Shown: piece after piece, positions 25,979-37,700 of the stretch
How positions within the stretch are numbered: position 1 is the stretch's first letter
How the letters are laid out: each line of letters opens with the position of its first letter
Source: Intoshia linei
Taxonomy: Eukaryota; Animalia; Orthonectida
Assembly: GCA_001642005.1 (NCBI GenBank)
Contig: LWCA01000080.1
Location: forward strand, 1 to 58,418
Length of the DNA stretch: 58,418 nt
Direction: 5' to 3'
Notes under the pieces: generated by a model
What the model was told of the DNA's origin: nothing
The model's database searches: none
Seen by the model: only the letters and a program-made list of their open reading frames with translations
Translations under genes and position numbers: made by a program

Positions 25979-28900
25979 TTACAATTTGTTTTTGCATTTT
26001 GATTCAAATTTGTTCAGAATATCTTTAACTGAGGAACAGGAAGACACTGAGGTAATTGTAGCATGCGGGAACATGTCATTTTTAAGTTTGGGTATTTCAT
26101 CGGTCTTAATTTTGTATGCACCGAGATTTCTATTGTCAGATTTTATTCTGAATGAAGTGGAACTGGACGTGGAAGAACTAGGATTTGAATCAAACTTATC
26201 CTGACAAATATCAACGTCACAATCGTTCTCGTTAAATTTTCGCATATTCTCTTCAAGAGATTCGTCGTTTTGACGTTTTTCCCATATACTTACCAATTGT
26301 TGAAATTTTACGGATTGTGTTTGAGCATTTCTCCGTTTTCTTGATATCTCCTGAGAATTTTTGAGACCATTCAATGGTACTCGAATTTTATCTATAGACA
26401 AGGAATTGAGACTGTCGAGAGATCCGCTTAGTCGCGTTAATGGGTAGGTAAAAGATTCTCTCTTTTCATATTGATCACGAGATTTAGAATAATTGGTAAA
26501 CCCACCACCCACCATAATCACAGAGGCTGCAGCAGCATTTTCGTGTATATTTGGATAAATGAAGCAATTTTTTAACAATAATTTTTCTTTTTTTGGACAA
26601 TTGTGTAAACGGTTACGTGGATGATCTTTACAATGCTGGATGAGATAGGAGCATTTATTTCCAACGTGGCAGGAATATTGCATGTTTGATATTGATGAAA
26701 ATATATGGTTGGTGGAAAGGGTAAAAATAGCGCTGTCTGTGGTGGTATCGACAAAGGAAATTTTGGTGAGATCAGAATCTTTGGAATGAGCGTCGCCACA
26801 AGAATACGATTTGTTACTAATCATCATTGGAGAACTTGTGTTTAAAGTTGATGTGGAGTTTTCTTTTATTGTGGATTTTGACAAATTAATCAACAATTCA
26901 TCGTAATTAGAGGAATCTAATATAGCATCACTTAGAATTCTTCTTTTATGCAATTTGGTGACAGAGTTTTTAGGAATATTGAATGGATTTTCGGTTTGGG
27001 GTGCGTAATATTCGTCCAATTTTGCACTCTCTTGGCCAACGGTCAGCGGAGTGCGCAGAAAGTGGGATCTGTTTATTTCCTCGTATTTCACTTTTATTTT
27101 TTTGTGTTTTTCTTTTCTTTTGAGGGTGCTGTCTGTTTGGTTCAATAATATTAATGGGCAAGAATTACTTTTTTCTACGGGGATATGCTTTTCGTTTTGA
27201 AAAATATATCTACAATGAGATACTGATTTAGTCAGACATATTTTTTTTTTGAAACGAGGGTTAGCATAAACAGTTTCTTGGGTAATATCACCATGTGAAA
27301 CATTTTCAATGTGGAATCTTTCATCGTACCGATATTTTATCAAACAAAACGGATTCATGGATCGTATAATACTGAGGTTTCTGAGGTTTGATTTTGGAAG
27401 CACCAACATTGTGCACTCACTATGCATCATTATTTTGATTTTATTAAGGGAGGTACTGATTCTACTGAAATGGGGTCTTTTATCAGCTTTGACCTGGCAA
27501 CAATTGAAAATTAGGTTAAGGTAATCTGGAAGGCAATCGTTTCTGATTAATTTACTATATGCTACATAATCTACTCCATAGTACATTGTCCGTGGTAAAA
27601 ATTCTGGGTCGGCAGTAATACTGGCCATTAATCCACAAATAACTATTCCAAATGAAAATACATCAGCTTTTTCGTTGTAAAAATCGTTTCTGAGCACTTC
27701 TGGAGCCATAAAAAATGGACTTCCAACAACACTGCATACTGATTTATGACACTTTGTAGGTATAGTTATCGCCAATCCAAGGTCTATCAAAATAGCTGAT
27801 ATTCTTATTTTAGAGTTTGTCTTTTTTATTAATACATTTCTACTAGTCACATCTCTAAATTTTAGTTTTTAAAAATGTAATGCTTCATTGATTTAAGTTA
27901 CCTGTGCATGTACCCACAGCTGTGTAGATAGAATAATGCATCAGATATATCCGATGTTAATGATATTTTGATTGCCCAACTGAGATCTTTGATATTTAAA
28001 TAATAATCTTCTAACGTTCCACCATCAACATACTAAAATAATTTTTTATTTTTTATTACTACTTTTTCAATACAAATATTCATATTTAAATAAATCATAA
28101 ATAAATTGGCAAAATTTCAAATTCGTTAAAGCAAATAAGACATATCGCTTCGGTATTAGAAATGGATTATTTTTATAAACTCAGTATGACCCTACGCTTG
28201 CCAGCAATTTAAAAAATATAATTTAAATTTTATTAAAATTAATTGGCCATAATTAAACGGTGAGTTGAGAAACAGTACTATGAATTATACTTTTTCATGT
28301 TAGTGCCAGTAAAATTGACCACGGCCATGTTATCTCGTCCAGTCCGATACGGGTCATCCCCTATTGATAAAATTAAAATTTTACCTCAAATATTGGATAA
28401 AGTGTGTTATTCCATAAACAGGCACCGAGCAATCTAAAGTATACATTAATAATATTAATTGCCACTCGTGGTTAATTTAAGAATAAGACATGAAAGTAAA
28501 AAAGAAACATAGGCATAGACATAAAATAGGATGACCACGATTATTTCGTTAAAAAAATTATAAATCGAAACGAATGTGAAAAATGTGAAATGCGATAAAA
28601 AATTTCGAATTTCAAGTAAAAACTTTCAACATATAAATAAGTGAAAATTATTTTGTATAATAAAAACTATGTATAATGCACTAACTTTTAGAGTGCTACA
28701 TATTAAAATCGTGTGTACAATAAGTTCAAAATTGATAGAGATAAGTTTAATTACTGAACTCAATAACTCGAAATTGTATAAAATGAAATTTACTTGAAAT
28801 GTAACAAATAACTAAAATAACCTGACAATGTTTTTATGGCTAATCATCCGGAAAAGAAATAATTCACACATTGCAGAATATTTGTCTTGTTGTCTCTTAT

Positions 28901-29284
28901 AATATTTAATAATGACAACTTTGTTGTTTGATTTATTGGTGGCCTAAACTAATAATGAAACCAACTAACTATAACAAACAAAATTACCTTGAATATATGG
29001 GCGTAGAAGCCGCAATCAATTTTTTTGAGATCAAACTGGTCCCTCAGATAAATTTTCTTTTTCCCGAACCGACCATTTCTAATACAATTTGATATTTCAT
29101 GATTCATTATATCCATGTGGCGATTTTCAATACATGCCTGGAGTTTTTTATTTCGATGTTTTCGCCGTTTGTGTAAAATTGGCATTAAAGGGAAACTGTA
29201 TACCCGATAAATCTTTTTCTTCTGTTTTCTGTTTGGCTTATGGAAGAAACTGTTATCGCTATTGCGTGAAGTATTCCAATTCAT
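25979..29284 (-). CDS. TESK: TESK/Cdi-like (LIMK/TESK family) protein kinase, 5 exons
   Basis: Spliced FDLKKIDCGFYAHIFK, VVIIK, HKNIVRLLGAC, EYVDGGTLE, HRDVTSRNVLI, DLGLA, VVGSPFFMAPE, YNEKADVFSFG and ADPEFLPRT. No LIM or PDZ domains seen, so TESK rather than LIMK. Confidence 0.85.
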
Positions 29285-29962
29285 TTAAATTTAAGAAAAG
29301 TAAATTCGACGGTAAAGTAAACAGAATTATTTACAATTAAATTTAGAATTTATTCGTACATTTTAACAATAATTAAGTTGCAGTAATTTTTCAATCATGT
29401 GTAATCATTTTAAGAAATTAAATATATTTATAATTGATTCCATGGAATTATTTATTACTATTGCGTTGCTATACAGTAAATTGATATTGAAAGTTAATTT
29501 TTGTTTTTTTAAATTTTTCAGATTAGGATTTCATAAGTAATTTCGTGTTTTTAACTAATTTGAAAGTTTTAATTAGATACATATGTGTGTTCTACTCCTT
29601 GGTCTGTTGATACATTTAATTAAATTATTTGTATGGATAATAGGGGTGTCAATTTTGTACTTTCTTTTGAAAATTAAAATGTACACTCACATATGACGGG
29701 GAGGGGGTAAATGTAAAAAAATTCAAAAGGGTCACATTTCATTAACATAAATTGGCACAAAATGCACATTTCGCTATTGGCAAACAAGCACTAATGATAT
29801 GTCATATCGTGATGAATATAATTGAAAATTAATGGCAAGGTTAAGTTTTAATAGTAAAATCAAAAAATTAAATGTTTTTCACCAATTTTTGGTGACTCAT
29901 TTAAAAACATTCAATTCATTTTGAATTATACATGATATTTATCGTAATTTTACTATTTACTA

Positions 29963-30860
29963 GACCCTAATGAACACCCTAAATTTGGAATGGCAAGTTA
30001 AATCTCATGGGAATATGTAATCTATGCAAAAAATTAAGAATTTAGAATAATTAGTACAATTTTGTTTGAAAATTTTCAAATAATCTCGCTACATCAAATT
30101 AGCAGCAAATGTATTATTCACATACAGCTATCTCGTTTCGGCATATAAATTTATTTTTACACATTTTTACAAAGTGAATTTGATAAAAATTATTAATCTT
30201 GGATAGCTATATATTTGAAGAGCGTTAAAATTTGTTTATTGGCATTAAGTACACAATATCCATATAATGACGAACATTTCGAAAATATTTGGAATATACT
30301 ATTACCTATTGATATTTTTTTCTTTTTTATCTCACGTATTTGGGTGTTGAAATGTTTACATTGTATTTAGGTTATTTGTAAGTGGACATATTGTCTCGAA
30401 TCTGATAAAAGTTGTTATGGAAAATCATGCATTGCTGTTAAATTAAAATTTTATCCAGAAAACCCTTACGCCTTGACTATAGCACTTATTGGTAGTTCAG
30501 CCAATGGTATCATGTTCAACATTGCAGATAAAGTAAAGTTATGAATTTATAATTATATAATCAAATAGATGGAAAATATAGGACATATGCATATACCGTG
30601 CGATATCAGACACACTCGTGACAATATTAATGAATTTTTTCAAATGGTAGATAAAATAGACGGTTCAAACTTTCGCTTAAATGTTAACGTAATTCATTTA
30701 AAATTTGTAACATATGAAAAAATTTAAATTATTAATGATATTAATTAAGACTAATATTATGATCACCTTGGGTATGATATATACATAAAAGGACCATCGA
30801 ATTCCCGCACATCGGTGGGTATATTTTCTCACCGGCTGGATACTCACTATTCTCAAGTAA
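29963..30860 (+). pseudogene. Putative multi-exon gene or pseudogene of unknown function
   Basis: A series of AG..GT-bounded segments separated by introns of about 35 nt. Three join in phase (VICKWTYCLESDKKNPYALTIALIGSSANGIMFNIADKMENIGHMHIPCDIRH...); the flanking segments do not join cleanly. Confidence 0.35.
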
Positions 30861-31184
30861 TCACTTATGAGTGATTTTAATCCTTTCTTCCCTTCATGAT
30901 TTGTTGATATTCAAGTTTCCTATTTACTTATTTGCCCTTGTTCCATAGTTTATAAACCGTGCAATTTATTAGTGATTAGCTTGACTGTTATGTACTTCGT
31001 ATAAACAGCATCCTAGCTCTGCCGAGGGCGGACATTTTTATTCTACTGAAAAATATATAGTAGAGTGTTTATATGTATTATAAATTAACGAATTTGTACG
31101 AACCAAAAATTCCAAATAAAAATTTTATCTCCTGAATCTATTTATCATGAGTCATGACAATGATCAACAATGTATTATAATTTA

Positions 31185-31468
31185 CTAGCTTGGCAGTTTT
31201 GTACTACGTACAAACAGCACCTAGCTCTGCCGACGGCACTCTTTTATTATAAAATTTCACATATAATAATTATAATAATAATTATTATATGTGAAATTGG
31301 GAGGTTGAAATATCTTAATATGATTTTAATATACGTCCCGAAAAAAACTGTAATTGAAATGTGGTCTTTAAAAAAATCTAAGATGGGTAGTTATTTAAAT
31401 TAAGCTGAACACACAGACAGACAGACACACACAAACAAAAATCGCATAGCCTTTTATATTAGTTAGGA
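31185..31468 (-). mobile_element. Complete short non-autonomous Helitron
   Basis: Minus strand reads A|TCctaactaatataaaaggctatgcgatttttgtttgtgtgtgtctgtctg ... hairpin ... caagCTAG|T. Inserted at an A|T site with no TSD. Confidence 0.8.
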
Positions 31469-32348
31469 TAATACATTGTTGTATACGTTGTATATTAAAA
31501 ATTATTTTTCACCAGGAATGTATAGATTTCTGGGGTAGAAATTTTGTATTTATATCAAATGGAATAAGCTTTATCATAACTATCTTTTTTTTAATTGTAG
31601 GACCATTAATTATTTCAAATTTTGTTTTAATAAAATAGTTTCGAATTGAATTCGAATTCAAAAATAGATATAAACACGTCCTGTGAAAAACCTTATTATA
31701 AATTGTGGTTTTTAAATCCTGTGACTGTCAATTTTTTCAATAAATGGTTACACACAAACATTCATTTTTATATAAGCAAAGGATATTAGTGATATGGAAA
31801 TAAAATTTATTATTCGGGAATATTGTCGATCTTTGTTTTCGTGGTCCAGGAAGATGGTATGTAATAATATTTTTTGTTTAGAAAATTTGTCTTTATTTCA
31901 ACATGTGTGGGATTAAGAGTTTATAATTAATTGTCACCTTTTAATTAAACCAGGATGTAAAAAAAAATTTATTTTACTACTTTAAATTATGATATATCTA
32001 TACTCTTATTAAATTTGTTATTGCTATAAATATTTATCAAAATGGTAGAAATCCACATTCAGTACTGTATGTTGTATAATTATACTATGCCCTTATCTCC
32101 CTTCTATCTTGGTCATCGATTTTTTTAAAACTATTTTTATTTGAAAGCGATATTTTTTTCGATATTTGAACAATTTTAAATCTGTAATTAATATTATATC
32201 TAATATTATTAAAGTTCCGTTAAATATAGATAATAAAAAATAGTGTCAATTATATGCCACCTTAAATTTTCAATATCTCGGCTCATATACCGATTTAAAA
32301 ACAATTTTTTAAAAATTGACTTTAATATGGTTTGGTTTTGGTCAAGAT

Positions 32349-32657
32349 CAGGGTGTCAGATCAATTTGTTTGGCGGACCAAAGTAAAAAAATTATTACGC
32401 GCGCCGTACAAAAAAAATTTACTCAAAACATGTTAAAATTAACAGTTTTAATTTATTTATAATAATTTTAATTCATAAAATGAAATAAGAAACAATAATG
32501 GAATAAGTGTACAACTAATGTGAAAATTGTAATCATGAAAAATAAGAAGTAGGTTTAAAAAATTGTTATAAAAATAAAAATTTATATTATAACGCGGGCC
32601 GTACATTTCACAATTGGGACCGCAAATACCCTACGGGTCGCATAATTGACACCGCTG
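32349..32657. mobile_element. hAT MITE
   Basis: TIR cagggtgtca / tgacaccgctg. TSD gtcaagat/gtcaaaat (7/8). An internal segment matches window bases 1-40. Confidence 0.8.
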
Positions 32658-33519
32658 GTCAAAATCGTCGACACAAAGTTCGATTTTGTTGTCCCGTTCA
32701 TACAGTGTTTTTATATACGTAATACGTATATTATAATACTGTATATTACGTTTTAACTAAAGTCAATAAAACTAAATATACAATTACATCTTATGAACAG
32801 ATTTAAGCATTAAAATTTAATTTAAATGGATGTCAGATTTTTGGGAAAATTTGTTAATTTCTTTTGCGTCTAGTATAGGCTTGGTGTATTCATGAAATAT
32901 CAATAATATTGAATGTATTTTAAAAACAAATGACTACTATAGTTGGACACACAATATAAAAATCTTAAGCAGATTCAGTATTTTTTATAATTCTAGGAAT
33001 CTTTTGAATTTCATGTTAGATTTTCAACGTTAATTTATTTTTTTGGTATAATAAAAATGTGCCCTCGGCAGAGCTAGGTGCTGTTTGTACGTAGTACATA
33101 ACAGTCAACCTAATTACTTTATATAGGTAAGGATATAAAATAAAATACAACAATGTACTGCATACAGCTGGTCACAGAAATTAAAAATACTATTATAAAT
33201 TGAAAAATTATTAACTTTATTAACATTTATAGACATTAATTATTATTTGTAATTAAGGTTTATAAATAAAAATTAATCAGGCAAATAATAGCGGATTGAC
33301 TGTATATGACAGTGGTTCTCAAAGTGGTCCACAAGAAAAATTTTAAATAACATGAAGATAACCTTTTTTTTAACAATATTAATAATAAATTAGAATTGTA
33401 TCGATCATTTATTATTATTATTAGTGAACGTTAACATCATTGAATCAAAATGAAGTGAAAATTTACTGAATAACGTGAATAATTTTCACATGCGTTAAAT
33501 TTTAATCTATGTAACGATT

Positions 33520-33720
33520 TAACTTAGTTAGATTGTAGTTTCCGAAATTGAACCGAATCAACGGTATTGTCATTCAAACTAGCCCTAAGTCGATTGTGTA
33601 TTAATCTATACTTACTGGATGAACGCTCGAGTTCAGCTTCATTAACAGGTATGTTAAAGATAACGTCAATTAGAGCAGATACGACGGGAATTTGTTCTAG
33701 TTTGATATTAATGTCAAAAA
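33520..33720 (-). pseudogene. hAT transposase dimerisation-domain remnant
   Basis: Minus strand reads LEQIPVVSALIDVIFNIPVNEAELERSSSKYRLIHNRLRASLNDNTVD. Confidence 0.6.
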
Positions 33721-34476
33721 TTTGAGATTTTTGTAAATGATTTAATTCTCTGTGAAGATTGTCTCTTCTTCATTCTTTCAGAACTGTTAAATCCCACTAC
33801 TTGAATTCCATCATTAATTCCAATACAATTACCAAACGTATAGTCTTACTAATGGAGTTGACATATAAATTTTTCGACATGATTTGAGAACAATATTTAA
33901 CAAATCACTAACCGAGTAATATATCATCCCATTCCACTCCTTTTATTTATTAAAAATTTTTATATTGCTAGTAGACAGCTGTCACCAGCTGATACTACTG
34001 TTGGTACCAGCAAATCAGCCAGCCCTGCCTATGTTGAATTATTCAATTTGAATATATTTTAATATTTTAGAGAACTAACATTAAAGTCAGAGTATCAAGA
34101 GAGAATAATAATATTTATTGTATTATGCATTTGAATAGGGGTGATGAGTATGGACAAAGATTAAACAGATTAACTTATAAAAGATTTTATCTCATAGTCA
34201 GAAGTGGATTCTACGGTAATTGTTTTACTTTTTAATTTTTTCTTCTACATTTCTTTAGATTATAAAAACAAAAACTTAATACCAAACAATGAGCGTATCA
34301 TTTACCATTCAGGCAACAACCAAAGATGTACAGATGACGTTTTTTACAAACATCGTTATTTATCTGGATCTAGTTAAAATGCAACTAGATCAAGATTCTT
34401 ATTATGTTAAATGACATAAAATTGAAATATAAAATATTATATTAAAAATACAAATATACAATTTTTACAATTCGGA

Positions 34477-34883
34477 CTATAAAGGTTTGGATTTAAGAAG
34501 ACTCATTCGTAGTTTTTGAAGTTTACAAGATTTATTATTGTAATCTCTGAGTATTCTAGAGTACATGTTTCTCAGTACAGTAAGTCTAAATACAAACAAG
34601 ATTATACATGTATAACAAATTTTTACTTTTGCAGTTGGTCGCGGTTGGTATTTGAAATTTTGTTGTAGCATGAGAGTAGAAGAATTTTTATTGATGCAAT
34701 ATCTCTTTTTAAATGCATCATTTCACGTATTACATAATCTACATTTGCCATATTGATGCGTAAATGCAGAACATTTACATTCTTTTTTCTAGCTTCCTTA
34801 ATTTCATCCAAAAAATTATAGCACCCGAGGCTTTTATTTAAACGTTTTTGCATTTTTTCACTGTTAGCAAATTTAAAATTCAT
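34477..34883 (-). CDS. Hypothetical protein of about 120 aa, two exons
   Basis: ORFs 34623-34883 and 34477-34671 join in phase through a gtaaaa...atttag intron of about 40 nt (QK-LTVLRNMYSR...KPL*). Confidence 0.5.
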
Positions 34884-35419
34884 TTTGATTAAAATTTAAA
34901 CATTAACAGCTTAACCACGATGCAATTTCAATGAAATCAGGTTTTTATTTATATTATCTAATTGCCAATATCTACATTGCACATTATTTGTTTAATTTTT
35001 GTATAAAAAATATACTGACGTACATTATTCAAATACTCAAAAACTGTTCAATTGTGTAAATTAATGTTTAATAATGTTGGTAATAACCCTAAGGGATCCC
35101 AGAAATTGTTTTATAGGTTCCAACTCGTCTGATACTATGACTTATAAATTATAGATATTTTTTAAATTCTCAAAAATAATTGAAAATAGAAACTATACTT
35201 TGTAATAATGTACTTCAGTTTAGGGGTACCAACTGTGAAGTATGTTGGGAACCGCTGGTTTAAATCTATGCTCAAATACAACGAATTAAATATACCATGC
35301 AATTTTCCGATATTTTTGTTTTAAGTTTCTTTATAATTTCTTAGTGCGTTAATTTTTGAAGGTTATACAAAACTTTTGCGATTTCTGTTTTACACAACAA
35401 AAAAAAATTGATTGATTAA

Positions 35420-37700
35420 AAAATGACAGGCTCAGTTTAAAAGAATTTCAGAGAGCAGTTGTGATTGCCTGAACATTTCCATTAACCAACGGGAAAAGTG
35501 TGCCATGCTTCAATAGAAAATTACTGTATCTTGGGTTCTAGATACGTATTAATTGCGAAGGTGGTACCAATATTGATGGTTTTATTACCAGTAAAATTAA
35601 AAAATTAGTTTATTTTTGTTAAGCCTCATATAGGCGTACACATTTGTAAACATTTACAAATAATAGTAAATTGCATTTAGCATCTATCTTTTCTCAATTA
35701 TAAGCATACCCCTGAAATACAAATTTTCTGTGAAATTTTTAACCAAATAAAATTTGAATATAAGCAGTTTCTGTTTGTATTCGAAAGAAAAATAGACAAC
35801 ATATCAATTTATTTTTAAAAAATAACTTCCTTCATACAATAGAATGTCTAATTTAGAAGTTTTGTTTTCACCATATACAATATGTTTATACAATTCGTTG
35901 AAAGTAATCTGAATTTCAAATTTTTTAGAAGCAACAAAAAATTCATTAATTCTTATTAAATCATTGATTCGGACGTGTTTTTAATATTTTCAATGTACTC
36001 ATAATTAATGATATTAAGCAGGACCAAATATTTTTTAAGTGCTTCACAGACCTCATTATTTAATTAATAGGTTTTATCTCAAACTAAAAATTGATTTTGA
36101 GAATACTTCAAGATGTAATTTAATACTAATCTAACGAGTTAAATAAAATATATAGAGAATATAAAAGCAAACTTTTAGTGTATTTTTTATATTTTTCAAG
36201 GCCTACTTAAAAGTCTGTTTATTTTTGATTATAAGCATTTTCCCTTCTACTCTCGAATATAAGATTTCTTATAATCGAGAAAAGACAGTAGTGTTTAATT
36301 GAGGATAATCTGAAAAACCTTTTGGAAGGTTTTGCATTCTAATAAAATCTTATGAACAATCTTATAAATTCAAATACATAATTTTGTAAAAAATAAAGGC
36401 AAAACTAGAAAACTTTGACTTGCAATTCTGTTTAGTAGGGTTAATATTTTATGAGAAATATAATTTAAAACTTCGTACTAATGTAAAATGGTTTGTACTA
36501 CTAGTAATTGAACTTATTGCATATTGGATTTTTTCCAATATTATTCTAAATAGTATTTTACTTGCTTAGATTGTAATAGTACAAATTGTAGTGTAGTTGT
36601 TAAATGGAAATGGTCTCAATAAATTGCATTAGATTGCTTAATTTAATTAATATTTCATCTAACTACATCACGAAGAAACATGAATGAATGTCAACTAATA
36701 TACATAAATAAAATGCATAAATTATAATTGGAAAATAAGTATGTATAATTAATATTTTTTGGATACTGTTACTGTAAAATACAATAATCATTACTTGGAT
36801 AAAATTGAATATATCCGTATCTAGCCATTTATTTATAAAATTATTAGTCTTAGAATTTTAAAAACACAAATTTTAATTTTGATAATTATCAACCTCAGAA
36901 CTTTGCATTATCCTACTCAAAACTAAATATACCCATGAAACAATTTCGATGTATTATATATGAATTAGGGTTGTAATTGCTATTTACATCCTGACCTTAT
37001 AAAAATAATTAAATCGAAGTCAAATCGTCCAATTCCACACATGACAATTTTTTACTCTTTTTTCAAAAAAGGAATCCAAAGATTTCTAAATATATTAAAA
37101 ATACATTTTGAATTGTTAAAAAGTTGATATTATCTGAATAATCTAGTAAATAAGTTAAATGAAATCTCAATTTACAGGACACTAATGATATAATTACATG
37201 ATATAAAATATATTTGATTTATCTAGCTAAATAAAACAATCATTTATATTTCAAATTAAAATTTTTAACCCAATCTTGGAAAACTTTTTTAAAGAATCAT
37301 TGTTTTTGGCAAACGGCCAACTAAAATTAAGAATACTATACATTGCATGCTCATAAAGCATGCGCAACTCAAAAACGGAATATCTATATCAAAAAATAAA
37401 GCCAAATAAAGAATAAACCTTACTTTTTAAAATTTTTCGTATTTTTCTCATATATAATTATAAATTTTTGCGCTGTCTACAAAATTTTATCATAATAAAG
37501 TAATAATATATCTAAATTTCGATGTGCCCAAAGGTAATTGACTCAACATAAATAAATTAAATATTGAGATGTACTTGTCAGTCACTATTCAAATTTGATA
37601 AGACTAAAGTGCAGAATTACAAAAGAGTTACATCAAAAGTTCAAAAATAAATAAATACATTAACAAAATGATTATATGCGACTATAAAAATACAACCAGT
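35420..37700 (-). pseudogene. Probable decayed multi-exon gene
   Basis: Exon-like blocks with short GT-AG introns but in-frame stops: NYLWAHRNLDILLLYYDKIL*TAQKF...KK|YSVFELRMLYEHAM; KSLDSFFEKRVKNCHVWNWTI*LRF; MQNLPKGFSDYPQLNTTVFSRL*EIL. Confidence 0.4.

Noticed and set aside
35420-37700. Alternative genetic code (stop readthrough)
   Set aside because: The long conserved ORFs have no internal stops and end in standard TAA or TGA.
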